Shown here one piece after another: positions 21,113 through 30,462 of a DNA stretch of 64,000 nucleotides (positions are counted from its first letter, which is position 1; every line of letters starts with the position of its first letter). A program made the translations under genes and the position numbers. The DNA is from an uncultured virus (IMG/VR IMGVR_UViG_3300024303_000041). Lineage: Duplodnaviria > Heunggongvirae > Uroviricota > Caudoviricetes. Under the pieces are notes generated by a model. It was not told the DNA's origin. It saw nothing but the letters and a program-made list of their open reading frames with translations, and searched no databases. Location of the stretch: IMG/VR virus record IMGVR_UViG_3300024303_000041. One strand, 5' to 3'.

Positions 21113-21719
21113 ATGACAAATTATAGATATTTAGGATATGGAACAACAAATTCCAATGGAGTAGCACATTTAGATCACGACCCACAAGGCAACCCAATCA
21201 ATGGGTATACTGGAACTGGTGCAGGTGAAATCGATGTTCTTGCATCAACCGACAATCCGATAACTTCCAGCAGTATTGTTTCAGAACCATACCCTGTTTT
21301 CGACTGCCCAGTATACGATGGGGATAACACACCGACAAGTATAAGTTGGAGTAAAACAAATAATGCAGTAGTAACTGATGAGGTTGTAAGTTTGATTGCA
21401 AGTGTATTAAATACGAATAATAATCCTTGTATTAACATTCCAGTAGTGTTTACGCAAGGAAATACTGTTTTGGGAACTGCTTATACTGATTGTAATGGTG
21501 ATGCGACTATGACTTATACTTGGGCAGATTCTGACATTTTTAATGTTACTGCACAAGTCGGTCAAAGTTTGAGTGAAGATATTACGATGTTCGTAAAAGA
21601 TAAGNNNNNNNNNNNNNNNNNNNNNNNNNNNNNNNNNNNNNNNNNNNNNNNNNNNNNNNNNNNNNNNNNNNNNNNNNNNNNNNNNNNNNNNNNNNNNNNN
21701 NNNNGTAAAAGATAAGTAG
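21113..21719 (+). CDS. Adhesin-like Ig-domain protein; ends FVKDK* if the second N gap is an overlap
   Basis: TTNSNGVA and YTDCNGDA Ig motifs; 12-nt duplicate flanks the gap. Confidence 0.65.
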
Positions 21720-21757
21720 TATTACGATTTAACACGAAAAGTAATAAATGTGATAAT

Positions 21758-22015
21758 ATGACAAATCAAATCAAACTCACAAAAAAAATAGAACAAATTG
21801 ATGAGGACAATAAAGTCGAAATGCTTGAAATCAGAGCAGAAACCGACTACCCATCAACTGAAATTAGTTTTTATATAAATGACAACCACCTTGCAACTAC
21901 TATGACTAACTCTGATGGTGTTGCAATTGCAGGAATATCCTATCAATCGAATCAAGATTATACATTTAGTATAATGGTAAAAGAAGAAAAAGTAGAGGTT
22001 GAATACTCTACTTAA
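21758..22015 (+). CDS. Single Ig-like domain protein
   Basis: ISFYIND...TNSDGVA motif. Confidence 0.55.
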   Translation: MTNQIKLTKKIEQIDEDNKVEMLEIRAETDYPSTEISFYINDNHLATTMTNSDGVAIAGISYQSNQDYTFSIMVKEEKVEVEYST

Positions 22016-23157
22016 AGGGTAATTTTGTTATCTGACACGAAGATGTTAATGTGTATGTGGTATTCTTCGTGTTTTTCTTCTTTATCTTCAATGAAAATCA
22101 TTACATTTTCCATTGCAGACATATAAATCTCTTTTAACTCTTTTGGATTTGTTTTAATGTATGTTTCATGTACTTTGTCTTTACTGCGACCTTGCAAGGC
22201 ATCAATATACTCTTCAGTAAGATTAATGTTACTTGCATGGAATTTTCGCATAGTATGGCTTCGGAAAAACCTATATCTACCTTTGAATCCGAAATCCATT
22301 CGGTCATTGACTTTCTGAAATTCTTGTGTTAAAGTAGTGTTTGTGATTGGAAAGATTTTGTCTGATGGTTTTAAATCCTCACGAGTCAGTAAATAACGAA
22401 TAATGTACTCACTTGCCTCTGGTGAGCAGAAAGTATAATAATACTTGTCTGTTTTAATCCTACGAAGATATAGTGTTGGCACAATATTCTTTTTCAGACT
22501 TAACTGATTTAAAACTTCTTTTATACTTCCATCACTATGATAATCAGTTGTTCCATCAATGAATTGTTTAACAGTCAGACTTAAAGTTTCTGCTTTTGCA
22601 GAACCACTTGAACTCATAAAAAGTATTAATGCTTGAAACCACAAAGGAATCTGACCCTCTGTAATGACTTTATGAATATGTGTTTTATTCGGCAAGTCTA
22701 AGTAACTGGTCTGATAAGGTTGGTCTAACTGCAACTGTTTTAATTGTGGGATTTCAACTTCAAAATGTCGATAGAATGCTAAAATCTTATTCATATAAGT
22801 TTTAATGGTATTCCTTGAAGTTGTCTGATTTAATAAATCGGTTCGCCAGTTTATCAATCTTCGTTTCAATCTCCTTTCTTTCAATGGTATTTTTCTATGT
22901 TCATCAATCATTGCTTCAATCAACAAATCACGGATAGTCTTACCATGAAATCTTGTATATGATTTTAAAGCAACACTATAATTAACTACTGTTTGCTCTT
23001 TGATGTTTTTTTCTTTACAGAATTGAGCAAAAACATCTTCGGGTATTCCAAGGTCATCAGGTTCGATTACTGCATGAAGACTGTTCTCAATTGTAATATC
23101 ACAGTCATCTTCATGTGTTTTTAATATTTTAGTATTTTCAATCTCATAAGTATCCAT
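22012..23157 (-). CDS. Tyrosine recombinase embedded in tail-adhesin locus
   Basis: HTMRKFH (HxxR), LQGR...HETY catalytic Tyr, RIKT, YTFCSPEA. Confidence 0.88.
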   Translation of the reverse strand: MDTYEIENTKILKTHEDDCDITIENSLHAVIEPDDLGIPEDVFAQFCKEKNIKEQTVVNYSVALKSYTRFHGKTIRDLLIEAMIDEHRKIPLKERRLKRRLINWRTDLLNQTTSRNTIKTYMNKILAFYRHFEVEIPQLKQLQLDQPYQTSYLDLPNKTHIHKVITEGQIPLWFQALILFMSSSGSAKAETLSLTVKQFIDGTTDYHSDGSIKEVLNQLSLKKNIVPTLYLRRIKTDKYYYTFCSPEASEYIIRYLLTREDLKPSDKIFPITNTTLTQEFQKVNDRMDFGFKGRYRFFRSHTMRKFHASNINLTEEYIDALQGRSKDKVHETYIKTNPKELKEIYMSAMENVMIFIEDKEEKHEEYHIHINIFVSDNKITL

Positions 23158-23227
23158 TATATCACCTATGTTTGTGTGAAGATATTTAGAGATAGTAACA
23201 TATCAAATTTATGATTTGAATCAAATA

Positions 23228-23255
23228 ACAACTATAAAAAAGGAGCGATAGTTGT
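23228..23255. promoter_or_regulatory. Inverted repeat ACAACTAT-N12-ATAGTTGT in divergent intergenic region
   Basis: 8-bp perfect arms between recombinase start and the next tail gene. Confidence 0.35.
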
Positions 23256-23389
23256 AACTTTAAAAAATCTTAACAAAAAAGAAAATTTAATGATTTAATT
23301 ATATATTCTCAGAAAAATTATTATTTTTTCTTTTTTTATACTCATTCTTTTTTTAATAACAACAAACAACATTTTTGAGGTGGATATAA

Positions 23390-24499
23390 TTGTCATATAT
23401 TGTAAAAGACAAATATCACAAGCTAATTATTAATTTGACAACAAAATTACAAAACTATTCCAATATCTACATCGATGCGTATGCAAAAGGCAGAAACAGC
23501 CCATACTCACTAGTACCATCAAGCATTATAGATAACGAAGATGGAACAAAAACATTAATATTTGAACTTCGTAACAAGAACTATCCTATAGGAACTGAAT
23601 TTACAAGTTTCAAAGCAGTGTTAGGTGGAAGTCATAAGCTTGTTGAATTAAACGAAGGAGTATCTATTCTTGTTGATGGTAATGAGTCATTAGTTAAAGA
23701 AGCAACTATTGTTGATGATGAAGGAGAAGTTAGAAGGGACAGTCAAGGAAATATAATATGGACTGACAACCTTAAAAGAGATGCCTTCGCAGTAGAGTTC
23801 GATGATAACGAACCACACACCGTTCAAGCAGTCTACAAAGGAAACAATGAAATCGGTGTTGCGGTCAGTGATAAATTCTACATCAAACCACAACAACATG
23901 AAGATGACGGACAACAAGGTCATTTCACACTAACTTCCAATGTTCCCAAAACATTCAAATACATGGATACCCCGAATTGGACTTGGACTCTGAAAAAAGG
24001 CGGAACACCAGTGCCTAACCGTACTATTGAAAAAGTATTACCAACATCAACTTACTCCGCCGACACTAATTCCAAAGGTCAAGTTCATCAAGGATTACCA
24101 ACTTCACTTGCAGTGTTAGCAAAGTGGGTTCCAGGGACATATACTATTATTGCTAATTTTTATCATTATGAAGATCCAACTGACCCGTCTAATAAGATAC
24201 TCTTGCAATGTAAAAACAAAATTACAATTGTGAAAAATACTCCAACTTTAAAATATGTTCCAAGTGAAGGAAAAGGTAAAAAATTTGCTTTGGCATTAAG
24301 AGATCCGCAGAAACAACCTATGCCTAATAAGACTATTAATTTTACAGTGAATGGTAAGAAGTATAGTAAGAAAACTAATTCTAAAGGGAATATTTGGTTT
24401 AAAACTAATGTTAAAGGACGGTATAAAGGTTCTGCTACTTTTGCGGGTAATAAGTATTATAATAAGAAAACAATTAAATTTGACCAGGTTATAAGGTGA
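23390..24499 (+). CDS. Adhesin-like protein with Methanobrevibacter-type Ig repeats
   Basis: C-terminal LRDPQKQPMPNKTINFTVNGKKYSKKTNSKG...ATFAGNKYY repeat. Confidence 0.75.
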   Translation: MSYIVKDKYHKLIINLTTKLQNYSNIYIDAYAKGRNSPYSLVPSSIIDNEDGTKTLIFELRNKNYPIGTEFTSFKAVLGGSHKLVELNEGVSILVDGNESLVKEATIVDDEGEVRRDSQGNIIWTDNLKRDAFAVEFDDNEPHTVQAVYKGNNEIGVAVSDKFYIKPQQHEDDGQQGHFTLTSNVPKTFKYMDTPNWTWTLKKGGTPVPNRTIEKVLPTSTYSADTNSKGQVHQGLPTSLAVLAKWVPGTYTIIANFYHYEDPTDPSNKILLQCKNKITIVKNTPTLKYVPSEGKGKKFALALRDPQKQPMPNKTINFTVNGKKYSKKTNSKGNIWFKTNVKGRYKGSATFAGNKYYNKKTIKFDQVIR

Positions 24500-26301
24500 T
24501 TATTGTGCCATATATTACTACTGAATGGGATTATGGGTTGAAAACAGAAGTTTTTGTAGTTAAAGGTGATAAAGGGTATACTCATACTACTGATACTTTG
24601 CTTCAAGAAGTAAATTCACGTGGAACTTCCCAGATTGAATATTTTACTGCTGATTTTAGTGTAGATGTTAAAAGGGATATATCTGCATCTAAAGTGGTTA
24701 TTTATGATAATGGGGAAGCTATTCCAGTGTTTGTTAATAATAATCAAGTTGAAATGATTGATTGGGAACAGAATAATCAACCGAAGGTATTTACTGTAAG
24801 ATTGGGTTATGATGTGGAGCATAAAATACATGCGAAATATCTTGGTAATAAAAAAGGATTGCCAAGTAAATCACAGACTATTGAATTATTTGAAAAATTA
24901 CCAGTATTATATTCTACTGAAATTGTAAGAACAACCGATACTTCTCAATTTGATGTAGGGCAACCTATTGAGTTTCCTATTAGTTTCAACACAAATAAGA
25001 TATTTTCTGCTAGTGCTACTAAAACCATTGGCGTATATGTTGATGAAACACATGTGTCTGATTATAATATAATTATATCAGCTGGTGAAACTGATGGTGT
25101 AGGAACAATTGTGTTAAATGAAGAATTAACTGCGGGTGTTCATCAAATAGAACTTCGTTTTGAAGGTGATGCTGAAAACGAATTGTTTTATTTACCCTTC
25201 CAGATAAGTGTCGGTTACAAATTAACACTTGTGTCTAATAGTCCTATTATTACTGTAACTCCAACACCAATAGAAGATTATAATGTAGTTCAGTATAAAG
25301 TAACTGATTATTTGAATGCACCAGTATCTGAAGCCACAATTAAATTGAAATCAGTGGGTAATGGTGAAACTGCTGGTGGTGTAGAATATGGGTCTGCGGT
25401 TACTGATAGTGATGGGATAGCAAATTTTAATAGTATTAATAGGTTGCCTGAAATATTTAGGGCAGTATGGGAAAAAATCCCTTTTGACCCGTTAGGTGCT
25501 GTAGGGCAAAATAATGAATTAAATTATTATTCAGATAATTGTAGGTTACCAGTATTACAAGTAAATTCATTTAATTTTGGAGCAGAAAAAAATATTGCTA
25601 CCGGTTACTCCGCAAAAGCAGTGGTTACTTTAACTGATTATGAATGGGTGTATAATCAAAAATCATCAGTGGAAGGAGTTCCAGTATTGTTTTCAACAAA
25701 TTATGGTGTGTCAAGTAAGCATTATACTAATGGTGAAGGTGTGGCAACAATTCCATTTGAAGGTGCAAATCGTGGGGAAATTGTTTTGTCTGCAAATGTT
25801 AGTTCATCATTGGCTAAATATGCTTATGTTAATGATTACACCCAATATTGGAGTTCTCAAACTGGTTCTATCAATAAAGAGTATAGAATATTGTCTACTA
25901 ATTTCTATGAATTAAATACTGGATTTAGGTTTGAAGTCAGAGCGCCTAATCAAATGTCTGCTATTGGATTAGGTGAAGGTGAACTTTACGAAGGTAGTTG
26001 GGAACTTGGTTTTAAAGTAGTTAATGCGTCATCTAATATTCAATTAATTGCTGGTGATTGGTATATTGGTGAAAGGGAAACATTGGAAAACTTAGTTATT
26101 TCCAATTCAATTTCTTTGAAGTATAATGATGAAGTAATAGTGAGGTATAATCGGGGTAATGTCTTATTTGAAGTAGAACTACCTAATAATGTCAAAGTTA
26201 CTCAAGATGGTCTTAGTAGAGGATTACCATGTCTTGGAATCGTCGCTACAACTGCGAAATCTCAATTAACAATAGATAATGTAAGGTTTAGGAGGTTATA
26301 A
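24496..26301 (+). CDS. Multi-Ig-domain tail/adhesin protein
   Basis: Several Ig-like units (HKIHAKYLGN, HQIELRFEGD, TDSDGIA, TNGEGVA) and a lectin-like C-terminus ending IDNVRF. Confidence 0.7.
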   Translation: MIIVPYITTEWDYGLKTEVFVVKGDKGYTHTTDTLLQEVNSRGTSQIEYFTADFSVDVKRDISASKVVIYDNGEAIPVFVNNNQVEMIDWEQNNQPKVFTVRLGYDVEHKIHAKYLGNKKGLPSKSQTIELFEKLPVLYSTEIVRTTDTSQFDVGQPIEFPISFNTNKIFSASATKTIGVYVDETHVSDYNIIISAGETDGVGTIVLNEELTAGVHQIELRFEGDAENELFYLPFQISVGYKLTLVSNSPIITVTPTPIEDYNVVQYKVTDYLNAPVSEATIKLKSVGNGETAGGVEYGSAVTDSDGIANFNSINRLPEIFRAVWEKIPFDPLGAVGQNNELNYYSDNCRLPVLQVNSFNFGAEKNIATGYSAKAVVTLTDYEWVYNQKSSVEGVPVLFSTNYGVSSKHYTNGEGVATIPFEGANRGEIVLSANVSSSLAKYAYVNDYTQYWSSQTGSINKEYRILSTNFYELNTGFRFEVRAPNQMSAIGLGEGELYEGSWELGFKVVNASSNIQLIAGDWYIGERETLENLVISNSISLKYNDEVIVRYNRGNVLFEVELPNNVKVTQDGLSRGLPCLGIVATTAKSQLTIDNVRFRRL

Positions 26302-26304
26302 ATA

Positions 26305-26949
26305 ATGTCCCAAGAAGAATATCATATTTTATTCCCAATGGCAAAAAACAATATTGAAAACAATACGGTTACATTTGTTATTGGTAGTATGAAGTGTAGA
26401 ACTTATGCAGTTGTTTATTTTATTCTACATGGGTTTGATAATCACCATAATGAAATACATTCAGTGGGTAACAAACCGTTGCATACTAGTAGTCGGTGGG
26501 TTGTTGATGAAACATATAGTGAATACGTGGAAGAGTTTAATGTATCTGATAGTGTATTAGATGATTTGGCTTTCATTCAAATAGAATTAATCGCTATTGG
26601 TGTTGATGATGATAATCCTTTACGATTTACCCAATGTATGCTTACTGATGATATGTATACTAGTTATCATGCTCCTAACGAAGCAGTGAGTTTTGCAGAG
26701 ATTAAATTATTGAATATCCCATATGCTGAATTATATAATAATCGTTTCGATGGTTTTTTACAAGTTATACGACCTAATAAAAAAGCATTCAGTACAGATA
26801 TGTTGAATAAAAACGATATTACTGTTTTAGCACCTCATCTAGATAATGAGGAAGATATTGACAACCCGCAGAATATTGTTGCAGAATTTTTAAATCAATA
26901 CGAACAAGAAACAACAATCGCTTTGGATTCTTTTAAACAAGAGGGATAA
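26305..26949 (+). CDS. Tail-region hypothetical protein
   Basis: 214 aa ORF in operon. Confidence 0.55.
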   Translation: MSQEEYHILFPMAKNNIENNTVTFVIGSMKCRTYAVVYFILHGFDNHHNEIHSVGNKPLHTSSRWVVDETYSEYVEEFNVSDSVLDDLAFIQIELIAIGVDDDNPLRFTQCMLTDDMYTSYHAPNEAVSFAEIKLLNIPYAELYNNRFDGFLQVIRPNKKAFSTDMLNKNDITVLAPHLDNEEDIDNPQNIVAEFLNQYEQETTIALDSFKQEG

Positions 26950-26952
26950 TTT

Positions 26953-29900
26953 ATGATTGCAAGGCATAATCGTAATGAATGGGCAGACCATAAAAAAGAA
27001 ACAATCCGCCCGTCTTATGAAAAAATTAAATTAGAAATTTTTTCATTTGAACATAAACTAACTAAAAAGTTTTATCCTGCTAAAAGTAATATTAAAGGAA
27101 CTAATCTTAAAAAGGTTAATCATCGTAGTTTGAAATGTTTAGAGTCTAAAGATAAAGAAACTTCTTTTATTATGGAATTTGATTTCAATATTAAGGAAGA
27201 GGGGGAGTATCGTATTGATATTTTGTATGAGAATAAAAATGCTAAGGATTATATTGGTGAGTATGATTTATCTTTAAGGTCAAAAAAATCTTCAAAGTTA
27301 TATGCTAATACTGCAAATGTAATGTCTTATGTAGACCAGTTGCATAAATTAAATGCAAAAGTTAAGAAGGTTAAAGAAGCTATTAATAAAGCGAAAGCAG
27401 AATACAAACAAGAAGATGAAAAGAAAAATAAAAACAAGACAGTTGTAGCATCTAAAAAGAAAGTTGTTGCTAAGTATGAAAGTCAGTTAGCATCATTAAA
27501 TAAAAAAGTTGAAAAATACGAATCCAAATTAGAAAAAACACATAAAATGGCTGGAACCGATTTAAGTTTTGATGGAGAATTAAATATAACCAAAAGAAAA
27601 ACATTATTCCATTCATTAAATGAATTAGGAAAATATCGTTTATCACTAGAATTACCCGTAAACTGTTATTTCATAGGATTAATGGTTAGAAAACTCAAAA
27701 CATACACTGGAAATAACCTCGATAGTGCTGGAACAAATCTAATGTTCACTGATGCCACTATCACCAAGTCTGGTGAAGTCAAACCTGCCGAAGCAAGTTT
27801 TGAACTAGGATTCAACGACGGATTCTTATGTGATTTAACAAGAACAGGATTATACTTTGATTACGGTGATGAAATCAATATTTATGTTAAAGAAAACTCC
27901 CTAGAATCCAATGATAAAATGGTTATAAGATTCGGAGGTTATTTATCAACAATACAGAAATCTGCTGATAAAAAAACAGTTACTTTCAATTGTGCAGACC
28001 GTTTAATTGATGGTGAAGCTAAATTCATATTAGATTCATTACTGATTCAAAAAGGTACTACCAGTGAGTCAGAGATGGAATACAATAAACCAATCAATTT
28101 CAATAATTACGGACAAGCATTAAAATACTTATGTGATATTCACGAAATTACACTAAAATCCAACATCAAGAAAAATTTCCTTGTAGCCGGTGAAAAATAT
28201 TCCACTGGTTTAGCATTGAAATTTGGTAAGAAAAAAGACATTAAAAATCCTAAAAAAGTCAAAGCCAAAAACTGTACTGTAACATTTCATAATAAGTTTA
28301 TTACTGTTCACAATGGTAAAAGTGGAACAAAACAACAATCCATAATGCTATACAATGCAAAAGAATACAGTAAAACACCAAGACCCTTGAAAAAAGTAAA
28401 TTCCAAAGGCGAAACAACTGTAAACCATTTGTCTTTCCACATGATATATGGACTCGGTGATCCTGCGAAGTCAAGTGAAAAAACATCAACGGATCAAACT
28501 TCAAGTGATGGGTCAAGTGGGAATTATGGTAAATGTGGTCAGTCTGCGGATAAGAAAACTATTATGAGTATTGCTAAACCGTCCAGTGGTCGTTTTGAAG
28601 GGTTAAATGGTAATACTTTTTATAAAGTAATATTTAAGAACGAATGTCCTCACTGTCATGAGCATGACCTTCGGTATGATAGTGGAACTTCAAAAACTAA
28701 CTGTATTTATTGTAGTGGTTATCAAGATTCTAAACGGTCATGGGGTGATATTTCTGAAGGTGAAGTTACTTGTAATAGTTGTTGTGCAGATTTCTGTGGT
28801 GCTACCGGTTGGGAAAAAGACGGTAATTTCAGTACAAGATTAACTACTGTTGTTAAACCAGTGAAATCAAGTAAAGCAGAACAAAATAAATTACTTGATG
28901 GTCAAATGTCTGGTGCAGGAGCAGTTAAAGTAACTGCGGACAATATCTTCAAGGAAATCACCAAAGAAGCATTTAAATACCGTTATGTTCTCGGAGCAGA
29001 AGGGCAAACATGGGCTGAGATGAAGAAAATTGGTTATGGTGATTGTTTTGGTTTTTCAGACCTTATTTTTAAAATGATGAAAAAGTTCGGTGTGAAATGT
29101 AAGATTGTGGAGTATGCTGCGACTGGTGGTGCAAATAATCACCATAGTGTAATGTATATGAATAAAAAAGGTAAATGGGTTGATTTTCCTTATAGGGAAT
29201 TAGGTTGGAATACTAGGTATAATAATCAGTTGAATAATACTGCTGGAAGTGCCAACGGGTCAATCGTTGCAATCAATAATGCTGGTAAAAGCATAGACCA
29301 AGCCAAAGGGACAATTAGCAGTACATCAACAACTACAACAAAAGTAACCACTACAGTAGGATATGATAAAAATAATCCTTATCAAGCTTACATTGAATTA
29401 ACTTATTCTACTGAAAGAGCGTGGAAAGCTAAAAAGAAAAAAGTATACTTAACATTTACTCAAAAAGCCGGAACAAATAATGATATAAGTGGATTACCAT
29501 CATACTGGATTAACAATGCTCAAAGACAAGTTAGTGTAGACCTTAAAGGTTGGTTTGAAGATAACGAACCTAAAAAAAGCATTTACTTACATAGCATAAG
29601 ATTTGTAACCCCACCAATCCCCACAACTGCGGAAACAAACGGTGAAACAAATAAAAAAGAATGGTACTCATTTAACAAATCCACAAAAGACTATGCAAGT
29701 TGTAAAATGGATTTATTCCAAATTGTTTTCGACGACAAATTAATCATAAACCCTACTGACTTACAAAGTGGCGGTAAAACAGTAAACTCAGTTATGGAAG
29801 AAATTGTGAATGCTAGTGGTTACAGAGCGCATATTAACTATGGAAAACATCGTTGTGATGACAAAATCATATTCAGTGTAGATAACCAAACCAAACCATT

Positions 29901-30462
29901 ATTTACTGCAACGGAAGGAGATGACAACAATATCCTTGACTGGAGTAACATATCATGCAGTCCAGTGTCTATTTTACGAAACACTAGTGTATGTGTTTAC
30001 AAAGATGCCAAAGGCAAATACCAATATGTAGATACTCGGGACGTAGATAGTATGCTTCAATATGGTGAACAGACTACATTAATCACTGAAAGCGAAGTTA
30101 GTGGAAGTAAACAAGCATATTTCCTTGCACGAAACAATAAAGAGTTTAATCCCGAATTTGATTACACATATACCATAATCGTGCCTTATGCTCCAAATCT
30201 ACAATTAAAAGACTTGGTAGAGGTAATAGCAAACAATAAATTCTTAAACGATATAAAACCAGTAGAATCGTTACAAATCAAATATAATAATGGAACTAAA
30301 CCAACGATACAAACTACCTTAGGTTTAGGTGAGATAGAACCATTTTTAAGAATAAAACAAGACATGCAGAAACTAAGAACTGCTAATAAGAAGAAATCAA
30401 CTCACTTCAGCACAAGTGCAAGTCCAGTTGATGACGAAGAAATTTATGAGTGGGATCAATAG
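26953..30462 (+). CDS. Baseplate hub/tail-associated lysin with Cys-rich insert and transglutaminase-like peptidase
   Basis: Hub-like VTFNCADRL and C-terminal beta barrel; CPHC/CIYC/CNSCCADFC cluster; GDCFG...HHSV...WVDFPY triad. Confidence 0.7.
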   Translation: MIARHNRNEWADHKKETIRPSYEKIKLEIFSFEHKLTKKFYPAKSNIKGTNLKKVNHRSLKCLESKDKETSFIMEFDFNIKEEGEYRIDILYENKNAKDYIGEYDLSLRSKKSSKLYANTANVMSYVDQLHKLNAKVKKVKEAINKAKAEYKQEDEKKNKNKTVVASKKKVVAKYESQLASLNKKVEKYESKLEKTHKMAGTDLSFDGELNITKRKTLFHSLNELGKYRLSLELPVNCYFIGLMVRKLKTYTGNNLDSAGTNLMFTDATITKSGEVKPAEASFELGFNDGFLCDLTRTGLYFDYGDEINIYVKENSLESNDKMVIRFGGYLSTIQKSADKKTVTFNCADRLIDGEAKFILDSLLIQKGTTSESEMEYNKPINFNNYGQALKYLCDIHEITLKSNIKKNFLVAGEKYSTGLALKFGKKKDIKNPKKVKAKNCTVTFHNKFITVHNGKSGTKQQSIMLYNAKEYSKTPRPLKKVNSKGETTVNHLSFHMIYGLGDPAKSSEKTSTDQTSSDGSSGNYGKCGQSADKKTIMSIAKPSSGRFEGLNGNTFYKVIFKNECPHCHEHDLRYDSGTSKTNCIYCSGYQDSKRSWGDISEGEVTCNSCCADFCGATGWEKDGNFSTRLTTVVKPVKSSKAEQNKLLDGQMSGAGAVKVTADNIFKEITKEAFKYRYVLGAEGQTWAEMKKIGYGDCFGFSDLIFKMMKKFGVKCKIVEYAATGGANNHHSVMYMNKKGKWVDFPYRELGWNTRYNNQLNNTAGSANGSIVAINNAGKSIDQAKGTISSTSTTTTKVTTTVGYDKNNPYQAYIELTYSTERAWKAKKKKVYLTFTQKAGTNNDISGLPSYWINNAQRQVSVDLKGWFEDNEPKKSIYLHSIRFVTPPIPTTAETNGETNKKEWYSFNKSTKDYASCKMDLFQIVFDDKLIINPTDLQSGGKTVNSVMEEIVNASGYRAHINYGKHRCDDKIIFSVDNQTKPLFTATEGDDNNILDWSNISCSPVSILRNTSVCVYKDAKGKYQYVDTRDVDSMLQYGEQTTLITESEVSGSKQAYFLARNNKEFNPEFDYTYTIIVPYAPNLQLKDLVEVIANNKFLNDIKPVESLQIKYNNGTKPTIQTTLGLGEIEPFLRIKQDMQKLRTANKKKSTHFSTSASPVDDEEIYEWDQ

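Noticed and set aside
19800..26300. Classical invertible shufflon
   Set aside because: All adhesin ORFs are on the plus strand and no inverted crossover repeats were found by eye; kept only as a cassette-exchange hypothesis
15991..26301. Diversity-generating retroelement acting on adhesins
   Set aside because: No reverse transcriptase ORF and no template/variable repeat pair seen in the window
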